A stretch of 62,793 nt of DNA, the filler included, from Welwitschia mirabilis (taxonomy: Eukaryota): assembly GCA_051453625.1 (NCBI GenBank). It is 4 parts of one record of this genome, joined end to end, with 100 filler letters (N's around TTAATTAATTAA, not from the genome) between each part and the next. Parts side by side here need not be neighbours in the genome. Positions count along the whole stretch, not along the records: positions 1 to 30,662 come from JBOZIK010000001.1; 3 more parts are not named here. One strand, written 5' to 3'. Shown in pieces: positions 13,927 to 27,900 of the stretch. Below the pieces are notes generated by a model. It saw only the letters and a program-made list of their open reading frames with translations, made no database searches and had not been told where the DNA came from. The translations under genes were made by a program, and so were the position numbers. Position 1 is the first letter of the stretch. Each line of letters starts with the position of its first letter.

Positions 13927-15208
13927 TCAGGATCGTTGAATTCAAAGAGAAGGCATGAATGCATTTTAATAACCAAAATTAAATTCACAGTAATGAAAAA
14001 TATTGATAAATTGAAACCTTAATAATCTACATGATTTCCCAACCTAGTTATGTCCACACTCAGAAGGTATCTCTTCTTCATACCTCTGAATATCTTCTAC
14101 CTATAATAAATAGTGGTTTTGAAGAATCAATAACCTTACAAATATTTTATATAATCCTTGAAAGGAAACACTCTCTTCCTCTTAGGAATTACAATAAAGA
14201 CAACATAGTATAGAGTATCCACAAGTACTTTCTAATTCATCAAAGAGATACTCTTGTAAGGGTTGCTCCACATTTTGGAATCCCTTAGTAAGGGACCCTA
14301 AGAAATACATATAGAAAAAAATAATTGAAGAGTAAAATGATTTATGCATATTATATATACATAATGAAGTACTAAAATTAGAGAACAAAGAAAGTACAAG
14401 CTTATAATATAGAGTTGAATAATGGAGCTTATCACTATCTTGTATGGTCATTTCCCTAATGAATTTATTAGCAAGGTTATACTAGTTGATATGACTAATT
14501 TGCAATGATATCTTTAGTAGTTGTACTAGCAGTTACCTTTTTGAATGTTTTTATTATAATTCCATGGGATTTGATTTTTTTTTTAAATTATTATTGTACC
14601 TTTTGTGCTTTTCAAGATTTCTCATTATGTGACTAATGAAATAGATATTAAATCAGATTTTCACATCATCAATTGGTTAGAAATAGCCATATTATGTGGT
14701 ACAATGAATATCCTTCCATTTCACCAACTTTCAAGATAGACATCTATGATGTGATAGATATCTTTCATAGATATATGTCATCCATGAGATATACATCTAT
14801 AGTATAATTTTTGAGAATTTAGTGATCTTTGAATTAATAATCCTATGATTTTATATCATCATGTTTCTAGTGTAAAACACTTATCTAATTCCTTGAAAAT
14901 TAATTTAATCATCAATGATTTATAAGTGGAACAAATTATTTTTTGTCATCTTTGAATAATTAGCATATATGTCTTTAACATGATAGATGTCTTTCATCTT
15001 CTTTAAAATTCTTACTTGAATTATACAAGAATGTCTTTATCATACAAGATTCATCTTAAATCTAGTAAGAAATCTTTGTCATGTGAGAGATGCCTATCAA
15101 CTTAAAGATGTATATCAAGTTCCATTCTTAGAAGTTCTCATCTATCTATCCATCACATAAGAGATCATACAAGTGATAAGTGATATCATCAAAATTGGAA
15201 TTTTATCA
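13927..15208 (-). repeat. 5' LTR of S2 (~1.3 kb)
   Basis: Follows the PBS. The far end reads TGATAAAATTCCAATTTTGATGAT on -, similar in style to the S1 LTR start. AGACATCT/AGATGTCT motifs at ~14735-15110. Confidence 0.62.
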
Positions 15209-17059
15209 AAAAAGTACATGTGGAGATGCTGTTTTAAATTTTTCGTAGTACAAATACTATGATTAAGATTATCTTAATCATTTCTTTAAATAACATGATA
15301 TAAAAAATATGTTATAATGATAACTAGACAGGGAGCCAAAGAAGCCAAAGAACATTTCCTCATAGTAATAATACAATCATTTCCATTTTTAAATAACTAA
15401 TATATTATATGAATGAAAATCTTTCTAAATCGTAGCTTTTCCATATAGGCTAAGATAACGTTTCATTTAGTTTTTCATAATCTTTTGCATAATTAAGTGT
15501 AAAAAAGGAAATATATTAATTAGTATCCTTTGGCCATGCTAAAATTTCTAAATATTAACATTATTAACAATATATATACCTTTAAGAAAGCCATTTTTTA
15601 ATACGAATAATTTTGAGCAAGATAGGTTTCAATTATTTAGCTAAAATCATGTAAAAAATCTTAGGTAAAGTAATTAGTCTCTAATTAAAAATAGAATGAA
15701 AATGATATAATTTTGACAAGAGATGGAGGACTTACTAATTAAGCTTTGGACCTAAGATATATTTGTGTAAGGCTTCTTGAACTACCTTTCCCATAATATC
15801 CCATTTTCCTTATAAAATTTGATAGGANNNNNNNNNNTCCATTCTTGAAGTCTTATGTTTAGCCATGTTAGGATAAGATACTTTTAACTTAACCTGTATA
15901 ATATCTTTATCTCAAATTTGATGATGGACTTATATAATGTTTTTGAAAATGAAGTTAGCATTTTGCTCAAAATATTTCTAATAAAAACCATGTAATTTAA
16001 AGATCTTAGTAAAATATTTGACTAAATAATTAATAATTACTTAAGGATTATAGTACAAACTATCATTAAATTTAAGTTAGTATATTTGAGAAGAAGGAAA
16101 ACCTTCCTTAATAAACTTAAAATATTATTTATAATTAACATCTTAAATGATAAACCAAGAACATCTACTTTTAATAGCAGAACTTTTAGCAAAATAAATA
16201 TCCCAACTATTTAAATAATTATTGATTTGTAAAAATTTCTTATGAAGATGATGATTATAATTATATTTTATAATAATATAGAAACTAATGACATACAATA
16301 TTAAATGTTTAAATATACTTTTTTTTTCCTTTAGTAGCCATTTTTATACTAACATGTCTTAAAATTTTTTGAATATAACAAAGATCATCATGTAATCCAT
16401 CTATTATTACTAGTTGGATAAGAGTCTATGCTTTATAACATATGTCAAATAGTTTTACATAATTTATAGTTATTTTCATTTCTACATAATCTAAAGAGAG
16501 AAGAACAATTTTTATTTTTGAAATGCCAACATATAATTTAAAAATAAATAGTATAATGATCTTATGATAAATAATGATTATAGACTCTAATAGAACCATT
16601 CTAATTTTAAAAATATTAAAAAATATTATTGAGGATAATATTGATATTATTAAAGGTAATTAATAAAACAAAAGTATTCTTTTAGGGGAAAAATCTTTTT
16701 TAATTATAGTTTTATCAAAAAAATTATCCATAATATTAAAGTTTCATGAAGAATCTAAGAAACATTTAAAAGAAAGTAAGATAACCTTAATCACAAGGTA
16801 CTTTTTTCCAAAGCATTATTTGGATTGTAAATGAACTAAATATTGAAAAATTCATGAAACAAAGAAAGAAATACCTAGCTATTATTATTATGAGAGTCAT
16901 AACCCTTTTAAACCACTTTAGAGTGTCAATGTAGTTCAACAATAATCATGCCTACTAGTATAGTTTTATATTATAAATGTAATACTATGTTTAACAAATA
17001 ACTTCCCAATAAATTTCATTTCTTGTTTAGATATTTTAACTTCTTTTAATAATGTAAAA

Positions 17060-17400
17060 TTAAGAGACAATGGAAATTACTAAATGAAACTTCTAGATCA
17101 TATCTTCTAAAGGATATTTACCATTCATTTGACATTCTACAAATCTATAATCATAAGCACATAAGATAAGATTTCCATCTTATAGATAAATGAATGATTA
17201 GGTAATAGTTGAGGTCCATGTAATTTTTTTCCTTCTAAAATCTAAAACTAGTTAGATGTATAAATGTTGTTCTTTAGGGATTTGTAAAAACATAATTGAT
17301 TCCAATAAATACCTTAGTTTTTTTAAAGATCCATTAGGACTAATCATTCATGTGATTTTATTATTTTAAAATCTTTTACAATTCATTTCTTATTATTTTT
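17060..17400 (+). pseudogene. Very old Ty3/gypsy RT fragment
   Basis: + strand FYKSIIIST*DKISIL*INE*LGNS*GPCNFFLLKSKTS aligns by eye to DYRALNxITIKDKFPIPxIDELLDELxGAxxFSKLDLxSG; a later PLGL resembles MPFGL. Confidence 0.42.
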
Positions 17401-19299
17401 CAAAGCATCATTTAAAATAATAGTATATGCATTTTGTGGAATTAAATACTACTTAAATAATCAAGCATTAATTTCTTTTTATTTCTAGTTAAAAAAGATT
17501 AGATGGTTTTATCTTTTTGTATTGTATGATTTTTTATTACTAGATAAAGTATTTTGACTAAAAACGAATTCTAACACAAAAGAATTTAAACTTTATTCTT
17601 ACAAAATTCATAAATAAACATTTCTATTAAAAAAGGGAATAATGGTTATATAAATGACCTACTTTATCAAAACAATTATAGAAATTTAAAATTAAAGTAA
17701 ATAATCTATTACTAATGGATTACTAAATTAGCTTCAAATGTTAAAATTATCTTTTTGTTATTTAAATATATAGTATGAAATATCTTTTTCTAGTTATACA
17801 TAAAGAATAATCATTTTACACATCAATTGTTATCTACTAATCTTAATCATATTATATTTAATTTTACTAAAATAATAGGTAAATCTAATTAACTTAGTAA
17901 AAGAAGCTATACAATAGTAATTAAAAATTTTCACATAAAAGTTTGGTTTTTATTATCAAATATTAAGATAGCATGATGATGAATGAAAATACAAAGCAAA
18001 CAATTTTATCTACTATAAAGGTTTTAGAGCACTTAATTAATTAAAGCTTTTAATTAAGACATCTTTCGTGTAATGCCAAACTATTATAATATAATTAAAA
18101 CTTAGTCAACCTAGTCTAAGAGATATGCCAATTTTGGAGATAAACCAAGATCTTCAAGTAAATATATTGTGAAGAAAGATTAGTCTCATGTTTCTCAAAT
18201 AAATCATAAGCAAGATAAAGTAAAATAATTATACTTAGCATTATTTAGTGATTATGATATGATGAGGCTCTTTAGAATTCATATTCAATAGTATTTGTAG
18301 CATTTAAATCTCTAATGTAGAGAGTTTGATTACAGCAATATTTAGAACCCTTGTGTTTTGTATCATTTTAGCTATGAAAAACTCTTTGTGATTTATCTCA
18401 TTAAAGTCTTACATCTTCAGTTAATTTTAAATTTTAAGGGAATTTTATAAAGTTATAATAAATAATATGATTAATTTGTAAAAAAGGATGATTTTAGGAT
18501 ATTAAACTAAGTGACTATGATAGTAATAGTAGATAAGAGATTCATATTAGTCTTAATAAATTACAGCCAATTTTTATAGATGTTTATTTGATTGCTAATA
18601 TATTTATGCCAATTCTAAAATACTAAAAGAGAAAAAATGATATTGCATTTAGTAAGATATGGAACTGCTATAAAAAAATACACTATTCCTTATAGAAATC
18701 AAAGATTTCTATTTATAAGTACTAAGAAATCAAAACCCCTCTCTGTAGCAGTTAGCATAAAACACTGTGACTTCTTCCTCTTTATTCAAAAATGCTAGGA
18801 CTTATTCCTCTCTCTTTAAAAATACCAAGACTCCTTTAAGTTGTGCTTCTATAGCCATTTCTATAAGCATTATTAGATAATATAGTAATAAGAAATAATT
18901 AAGATGGAAAGAGAAATAAAGTACTTTATCTATTTCTTTAGCATTAGCCCTAGTGATGAGCATAGTACCACTTCCATCAAGTTATGACATACATATCCTT
19001 TTATTTATGTGGATAACTTTTACCCTCTTAAATGATTTCTTCCCTATATTTTTATTATTTGTTACTATCATAAGCAATAATTATTCTTATTTTATACATG
19101 AGGATAACTTATATGAATAAATATGGACTAAGGTTTATCATCATTAAAAACTACTATAACAATTGTGATGAGTACCGAATCAATTTTTAGCTAGGTATGT
19201 TTTTTATAATAGAGTGCTAAGCCTATATGTTTTGTAACTCCTGACATCCTAACCATTCTTTTGCTAGTTCCTTATTAAAAATTTAATAAAGAAATAGTA

Positions 19300-22200
19300 A
19301 ACATGAAAAAATAATCTAAGTAAAAATGATCAAGTATGAAAATGATATGCCATTTTGAATATTTTTGATTAAGTTTCAATGATTAAGGCACTAAAAATAA
19401 TTTCTTATTTTTGTAAAAGTAGATGTCATACCCCCTTAACCAAAAATAAAACTTATCCTCAAATTTAGAAAATTTGAGATGACGTTTTTGATAACAAGTT
19501 AATTACATGGCTAATACATGATATTGGTGTAAGAATTTTAGGAAAACCTAAAATCCATCATCTACAAATTTAAAAGATAGAATACCTAAGTTAATAGCTA
19601 TATTTATTAAAAATTTTATCAATTTTATTTTAAATTTAAATGGATCACAATATCAAAAAAAAAAAAAAGATATATTCTAAGTAAACCTGCAAGGACTCAA
19701 AAATTAGTTAAGCAAACTTGTAAGTACATAAGTTAAGGAAAGTAAGCATAAAATAATATTCCACTTCTATCTTTTTAATTCCAATTTACCTTCTTTACAA
19801 TCACACTTTATTCCTTATTTGAAGCACTTTGAGCTAATTGAACATTTAGTGTTACGACATATACTTTTAATAAAGTTAAACATGTTGATGTATGAAGGAG
19901 TTAGTGCTACATTACCAGCGAGCATTTATAGCCCTGATGTAGTTGAACATGTCACAAATAAATTATTAGAGTCGCATTGCTAGTGAACGTATATAGCCCT
20001 AATGTAGTTAATTAAATCCAAATTTTAATTGATCATTAAATAATGTGCTTTTTAGAGAGGAGACTTTTCATTTTATTAAAATTAATCCATCTCATATTTA
20101 ATAATTATTTTATGCACATAAAGGATTCATTAGCTCACTATCCTAATCAAGATAAATATTGTTCCATAGAATGATTTGAAAATAATTAACTTAGTATAAA
20201 AGTGGATTTCACCTTAATTCAACCATATTTTTCAATTGGAAGACCTTAAATAAAACTAACTTTAATAAGTTAACTTAAAAATAAGAAAAAACATTTATTA
20301 AAAATTTTAAGTAAACTTAAATTATACCTAATTCATAATAACATTGTTATCACTTATTAATAGTTTTTTTTTTTTTTAAGGACATCAATCAGAATAATCT
20401 AATCTCAAAAAATCATGAATTATTAGGTGGTAAAAAAGAGAAAGTGATGGCTGACGAGGCTTAATATGATGGTGATTTATTCTCTGATGTGGTGATATTC
20501 AGAATTTTCTACATGAAAAATGTTTGAAGTGATGATCATAAAGGTGGAAGTGCTTGCATGGTTTAAGACATGAAAAGGCACTAAGTAGAAATGTTTTTAG
20601 AATTTTTAATTTCTTAAAGAAAAATCTAATCTAAAATGAAAATCTAATTTAAAATAATATAATGAAGCTAAAAATTCTGCAAGTGATTTTTGAAGGTATT
20701 GCATGCATGAAGATTCAAAATGGTAAATGCAATGGTTGGATGATGTGTCAGAATTATACAATGCATTTAGTGATGGAAGACAGTACTTCAAAACATTAAT
20801 TCATGAATCTAAAAAAGATGGAAAAACATCAGTACTAGTAGTAAAATTAATGCATTCAAAGTTATAAATCATTCATCCCTTAGCCCATTTTTATTTATTC
20901 AATAATTCATGCAAGACATTATTTTGCGTTGAAGACAAGAATGCATTGGGAATCATAGGAAAAGGCAAATGATCATCAAAAGAAGTATCAAAAAGGTGAT
21001 ACAAAGTCTTTTTCTTTATGATTAAGATTTGAATTTTTCTTATAAGGCAAAGATGAAAACATAATTAACTCAAGAGGGTCTTGAGAAAAAGATAAAGATT
21101 TCCCAATGGATGGATCATGAAAAGGCCCTTGGCTAATGTTATTCTCTTCATTAAAGTTTTCAAGAGATTTTTTCTCATACCACTGTATAAGTAACAATGG
21201 TTTTAATTCAAAGATAGGTTTATTTTCTATTTTATCAATGACACTTATTGATTTTTACTCTATTATATAACTCTCTAATTTTTCATCTTCCTCAAACGGT
21301 TACTCACTTACTACTAATTAATCATCATCAAATGTATCTAATCCTATTTTAAAGTATAATCTAAATGTACCTTATTATTTACTCTCTAAGGCATTTTTAA
21401 ATTAAAAGTTATCTTGGATTTTCTCATAGGTTTAATCATGATTTTCTTCAAGGTTTTATTCCTCATTCCTAAGGGATAGGGTTTGGATGTCATTCATTCT
21501 AGTCTCATTAATCCCTTTAATATTTTGAAGGATCTTATATTGATGGAATAAAGGAAGGTGTTCTTCTTGTTGTTATTGGTTAAGATCCCTAAGGTTTTGA
21601 TCATTAGTTTGAGATATTCATTAAAGGATTTTATAAATGTTTTGCTTACTTTTATTGGTGATTTATTTAAAAAATTAAGAATGGAATTGTAGTATGTTAA
21701 AAGAATATTTGATAGTAACTTCTAAAAAATCTTTAAAAGATATCTTTGAAGAAAGGTAAGGTGGTTTGTTAACTATAGGAAGATGATGGATAGTGATCAA
21801 ATAATGACAAATATGAGAATGAAGATGAACAATAAGGATCAAAGAATAATGAATATAAAAATGAGGATTAAGGATAAAAATCGTGAGGAGTGAAGGAAGG
21901 CATGGTATCAAAATTTCTTTATTTATAAAAGAGATTTTCAAATTCAAAGTTTTAAGGAGGTTGATCTATGTTTGGATAAGGTTGAGGATACTCTTCAAAG
22001 ATTTGTCTGGATCGAATGAAGTCTTCTATAGTGCATTTGAATTGATCATGATTTTAAAAACTATAAGAATAAATACATTGTTATTTGAAAGTTCTTTAAA
22101 ACAAGTTAAAAGTGAAAATTATTTCTAAATTTTGAAAAATAGGTAATTGCTTCAATTAAAGATTCATGTTTTTCTAATTATTCATAGTTTCAAAGAAAGC

Positions 22201-23704
22201 CTCTTAGCAGAAAGATTTGAGAGAGTGTACAGAAGCTTCTATTTTATGTATAGTAGTGTATCAAATTTAATTAAGTGAAATACTTAGTTTGTTATTGTAT
22301 AGGGATATATATGGTAACTTTTACAAAATTAACATAATTAATTTAACTTATAATAAAACTCATATAAAAAAATTATAAAGTTAAAAAGAAAGTAGTCTTT
22401 AATCGATAACACAAGGGAATGAAAATGCTTTAAGGATTTAATTGATTCATCTTTTAATCCACCTTCGCTCTAATGATTCTTGTATCCTAAAACATAAAAT
22501 AAATCATCAAGTTATTAAGACTCAATATGGAGGCATAATCTCATCCACCATATTAGTGTTGGTGAGTTATCTAATCCAACTGATTCTTCATAGCCCTTGA
22601 TAAGCATGAAAGGTATGAATAAATATGTATAAGATTCATAAAAATATAGCAACTACAATAGGCCAAAAGTAACATCAAATAACTCACATGGTAGGAAAGA
22701 AATTAAGATAGATTTACCTAAATGTTGCTAATGCAAAACAAATTATGCAATTACAATGAAAGAAAAAAACCTACTTAAGAATTAGTCCTACCTAAATATT
22801 ACTAATGTCAAATGAATTATGAAATAACAATAAAAGGATTCAAACTAAGTTTTATATTAAAATCTAAAAGAGATATACATTACATCAAATGGAGAAGGGT
22901 GAAGAAGAGAGACTTCTCAACTAATCTTGAAGCATTCCAACCCTAAAAAATTTGATTAGAATTCCATGAAATCCTAGCCTCTAAGTTTTCCCCATGTTGA
23001 GATAATAAAAATATGTTTACAATGGGTGCTTAAGGACCTTTTATAGATGAGTAAAAGTTTTAAGGTCTTTTTTATGATTGCACTAAGGGTTGTCATGATG
23101 TGTTAGGTGGGAAGTTACATAAACGGGGCTTACTTAAGGGTAGTTACATAAAGAGAAAGTTATAATTTTTGGCATATAGCCACAAGAAAATATTCTTTAT
23201 TTTCTTATGTAAACATGACGATGATGTATTCTCTAACTGTTAATGATTCTACTAATGGATATCATGTCATGTATCTTTCATGTGATCATCCTTGTTGCAT
23301 CACATGTCATTGTGATGTGTTATCTTGTACTTTTGCTAAGTGTTATCATATTTAAATATTTATTCTAGATTATTTTTAAATAAGCCCATAAGTGCAATGT
23401 GATTAATTTTCTAAGATGGAATAGAAACATGATTTTTAACATGTTTTATCTTAGAAGGCCAATGATGCTAGTAGTTCTTGCCAATGACACTAGCATTTGG
23501 TGCTAGGAATCTTTGATGTTTTACAATGTTCTTCAAAATTAAGAAATACACCTATTCATATTAGAAGAAAGCTCACAATTTCATGAAAAGTAATAACAAG
23601 GGTAGAAAACATCATTTTATGATAAAACAATAAATCTAATATTTCTTCCTATGCTAAATTGATTAATTATACTTAATTATAATGTTAATTTTTACATGTA
23701 AATA
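19300..23704 (-). mobile_element. Athila-like family B, copy 1: short internal region plus 5' LTR, no pol seen
   Basis: 19670-21520 is collinear with 28240-30100; 19300-19500 resembles 26100-26310; 22250-23704 is similar to 24746-26054. Weak gag-like motif LEKHESLIEAITYFSKF at ~22130-22180 (-). Confidence 0.62.
22250..23704 (-). repeat. Family B LTR, copy 1
   Basis: Diverged direct repeat of 24746-26054; ends tttacatgtaaata versus tttgcatgtaaaca. Left boundary approximate. Confidence 0.7.
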
Positions 23705-24745
23705 TACTCCTAGAAGGCAACACTCACAAATGATAATATACTTATGATGAATTTTTAAAAACTGGATGAAGGGATTCTACTTCTGCATAATGTGTAGCTT
23801 TCATCAGTAACCACTTCATTTGTTATTATCCACTTTTGATATATGATGGCATCTCAAATACTATGAAGAAAAAATCATTCATTTTCATTACCATTCTCAA
23901 GCTATTATGCTCTTAGTAAATCATTAGTTTTCATTAGAATTTTTTAGCTAGCTATGAAAGTAATGTTAATGTACAAAAAACTATGAAAAAAATCTTTCTC
24001 TACATAGACCAAACTTATCACTATTTTGTTGATTATTAAGTTTTACCGAGAGTTTTATCTATTTTTCCTCCTTTCTGTATTCATAAGGGCATATTATAGC
24101 TATTTTTAATAATAGTAACTAAACGCATTACTCCCATAACCTTTACCTTCTATGCAATATTTTGGCTAATGGATGAGCAACTATACGTTTTACATAATAT
24201 GAATGCATTATGTCTCCATTTCTAATGAATGTTATGTCCTAATTCCTTAGTATGCTACATCAAAATCATTCCTTAAAGTCTAATAGTAAAAATCACGATG
24301 ATATCTAGTAATGTTAAAACTACTATATGATATTAATGATCTTATAGTTTTCTGTAATGGTAATTTGTTTTTTTAAATTTTAATTTTTTTTTAAAAATGT
24401 ATGCTTATCTTTAGGTTGAGACAACCTTTTTATCCAAAGTACTATGTTTCATACATGTGATTTATGCTAGCTTTTAACTCTTCAATGTGCACATATAAGA
24501 CTTCTAAAATTTTAGTGGCTTTTTTATAGCCTATGCATATGTCATTTATGCCATGTTTTTATCTCTCTTATATGCATAGGTGAGCTTCTCTGTAATTTTT
24601 TTACTTTTTAGATAATTCTCAGTAATTATAACTCCATTAACTCTTTTTTATTGCATTAAGTCAATTGGAATATGAATCAATATAAACTTGACTTGATTTC
24701 TTCTTCTTTGTCTTTTTTTTTTTTTTGCCTTCTTAATCATAACTT

Positions 24746-26054
24746 TGTAGTGATTTAGATTTATTTGAGTTTACACTTAAAATAATTCTTCCATAAGGGT
24801 ATATATGACAAATCTTACAAAAGGGACATAATTGTTACAACTTGCAATGGAAACTCCAAAAAAAAAAAAAAAAAAAATCAGAAGTTGAAAAGGATGTTGA
24901 TCGTTGATTGATGACATGAAGGAACAAAAATACTTCAAGAATCTAATCGGTTTGCCCAACTCTTCACCTTCACTCCAATGATTCTTATATCCTAAACTTT
25001 ACAATCAAGTAAGCTAAACCTAAAAATTTTCAATGCTAAAAAAAATACAATAACAATGAAAGAAAAAAATTTACTTAAAAATTAGTCCTACCTAAATATT
25101 GCTAATGCCAAATGAATTGTAAAATAATAATGAAAGGATTAAAACTAATTCTAAAACTAATCCTACCTAAATATTACTAATACCAAATAAATTTGTTTAT
25201 TAATAATGAAAGGTTTTAAACTAATTATTTTATTAAAACTAAAATAGATGTACATTACATTAATTGAAGAGAGAGGTAAAGAAGATGAATTCTTCAACTA
25301 GCATTGGATCATTCTACCCCCAAGAAAGGTTATTAGAGCACCATAAGATACTAGCCTTCAAGTATTATTCATGTTAAAAAACCAAAATATTCTTATACAT
25401 GAAGTCTCAAGGCCCTTTTAGGAAAGGCTTGAAAAGGTTTATCATGATTACATTAGGTAAGATTAGTGGGTAGTTACATAAAAGGGTTACTTAAGGGTGG
25501 TTAAATAAGATAAAAGTTATAATATTTGGCATGTAGCTATAAAAAAATATTATTTATCTTATTATATAAACATGATAATCATGTGTCCTTTGACTACTGA
25601 TGATGCTGTTAATGGATGCCATGTCTTAAGTCTTTCATGTAATCATTCTTATTGCATCACATATCATTACAATATATTATTGTATACTTCTACTAAGTGT
25701 TATTGAAGTTAAGGTTAAATCTAATTTATTATCTAACTAAGCTCATAAGTTATGAATTTCCCCAAATAATGTATGGACATGGTTTTAGAGTTGGTTTTCC
25801 TTAGAAGGCCAATGATGATAGTAGTTCTTATTTATGGCATTAACGTTATTTACTAAATAGTTATCAAGTTTTATAGTGATCTCCATGATGTAGCAACAAA
25901 CTTGAAATGTTAGGGAAAAATCCATATGTACATGAAAATATGATAAAAAGGATAAAAGACATCATTTTATAATAAATTAATAAATTAAATATCTTTTCCT
26001 ATGCTAAATTGATCAATTATACTTACTTAATATGTAAATTTTTGCATGTAAACA
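24746..26054 (-). repeat. Family B LTR, copy 2 (3' LTR of B2)
   Basis: TGtagtg...gtaaaCA termini; followed by caacctatagctagac, which resembles the decayed Athila PPT-side sequence. Confidence 0.72.
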
Positions 26055-26499
26055 CAACCTATAGCTAGACTTTTACTAGACTCTTAGGAAAATGTTGATA
26101 AAGAAGTAATTAACATGGAAAAATTGACTAAGTGAGTTCAAGCATTAAATAATATCATTTTTGATTTTTTAATCAATATTCAACAAATAAAGAATCAAAA
26201 TTTAAAAATTTAGTAAAAATAGATGTTATACCTCCTAACTAAAATTAAAATTTTTCTTTAAATTTGCAAGGATAGAAAACTTTGAACATAAAATTTTTGA
26301 GAATAAGTCAAATCATTAAAAATATTTTACATTACATATTTCCCATATAATGACTTTTAATGGAAGTATTTTAAGAAAAACCATAATGAAAAGTCCTAAA
26401 GTAACATGTAAAACATTACATCACACTTAAAAACATTTACAAACATGACACTCAAACATAATAAAATTTAGTTCTAACCAAATGATATCCTATGAGAGA

Positions 26500-27900
26500 C
26501 TAAGTGTTCTAGCTTTTTGTTCATCTCCTTTTGTGTTTGAAATATCTTCTTCATTTTGTTTCATAATTTACCAATCTAAATTTTTGTGTTTTTTAGGTAC
26601 GTGCTTTAAGAAAGTATTACCAGATGAGAATGAAGTAAATGAAGGAGGTGGAGGAGAAGAAAAAAAATGAGGAGTATGAGATGATTTTTCAATAGGCTCC
26701 TTGCCTTTTTGATGAGTTATTAAAGGTACATACAAAGTGAAATAGAAAGAAATAGAGAAATAGAAGAAGGATCAAAATTAATTTCTTCTTTTGCTTACTA
26801 AGGCTCTTCTTACTCTTCTTATTGCTACTATTTTTGTTATTCCCCTAGGACCATATGCATTTCAACACTTTTGAACTAGGATAATCTTTTTGAGTATGAT
26901 GGTTTCTATGTAGGCTCATTTCCAACTTTCATAATCTAAGGTTTGATATAAGGTATTACATAGGATATCAAAAATGAGGCATGACGACAGAAGGTTACTT
27001 TTCTTATCTATATAATTATTAACTATTCTAAATAAAAACTTAGCTATGTTAAAGATTTTATTATCCTTGATGATTCTTATAAGATCTAAATTACTAACAT
27101 AAGCATTTCTAGCATGGAAAGTAGGCAATACATTTAAATGATAAATATAAATAATGCAACTTAATTATTATGTAAAAACTTACAAGGTAAAATGAATTAT
27201 CTATTAGGAGCATATTTAACATTCAAAGCTTGACAAAAATATAGTAAAGTTTTTACTAAGAGATATGGAAATTGGTTAAAGTTATCTACCCCTAAAACTA
27301 TCTTAAAATTAATTAAGGAGATAGGAAATGAATTGTGATGTAAGTAAGAATGGATTACCAAGATGTCTTCACCATCATATTATGCATTCTTATAAAACTT
27401 TAGAACTTCCTTGGGTTTATAGAATGTGTTTTCTTTCTTTAGCAAATCATTTCATCCTCATGTCTTAATTTGAATAAGGTAAAATAATGTGTACATATCT
27501 AGAAATTGGCTAAAAATACATTCCTTAATGAAGACACCTTGTCTTCCACTCATGATTTCCAAAAAATAACAACAAAGAAATAGGAAAAAGTAGAGAAAAA
27601 AATTGATGACATAGTTAAGATAAAGAAAATAGAGGATAAAAGTTACAAAATTCATGAAAACATGATTTAAGAATAAAATTAGTCAAAGATTAATAAGAAC
27701 AAGGAACCTATGAAACTTACAATGAATCTTGAGAGTGTAGAGTAAAAAGAAACATGTGTAATATGGACACACAGGAGCTAGATGTGAAAGATTGAGAGAT
27801 GGCAGTGACACTGGTTAATACTAACGACTGTGTTGATGATTCGATAATGTAGTAATAGAGTGACAAGGAGCAACAAAGATGTGGATAAGGTAGTGAAATC
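26500..27900 (-). pseudogene. env-like ORF remnant (B2)
   Basis: - strand G*NDLLKKENTFYKPKEVLKFYKN (compare GWxxL...LVREFYAN). ORF 26916-27128 PTFHARNAYVSNLDL...IFNIAKFL...NLLSSCLIFDILC (compare P..H...VS...IN.....LPxxxLITxIC). Confidence 0.6.

Larger units (their letters stand above)
6200..15208 (-). mobile_element. Degenerate Sirevirus-like copia element S2 with env-like ORF; 3' LTR not identified
   Basis: LTR 13927-15208, PBS, gag, protease, integrase, RT, RNase H, a repeat-rich spacer and an env-like remnant in correct order on the - strand. Left boundary approximate. Confidence 0.85.

Noticed and set aside
23760..24330. Possible retroelement coding remnant between the two family B LTRs
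   Set aside because: Hand translation gave no convincing motif. The LTRs belong to separate copies, so this is probably flanking DNA.
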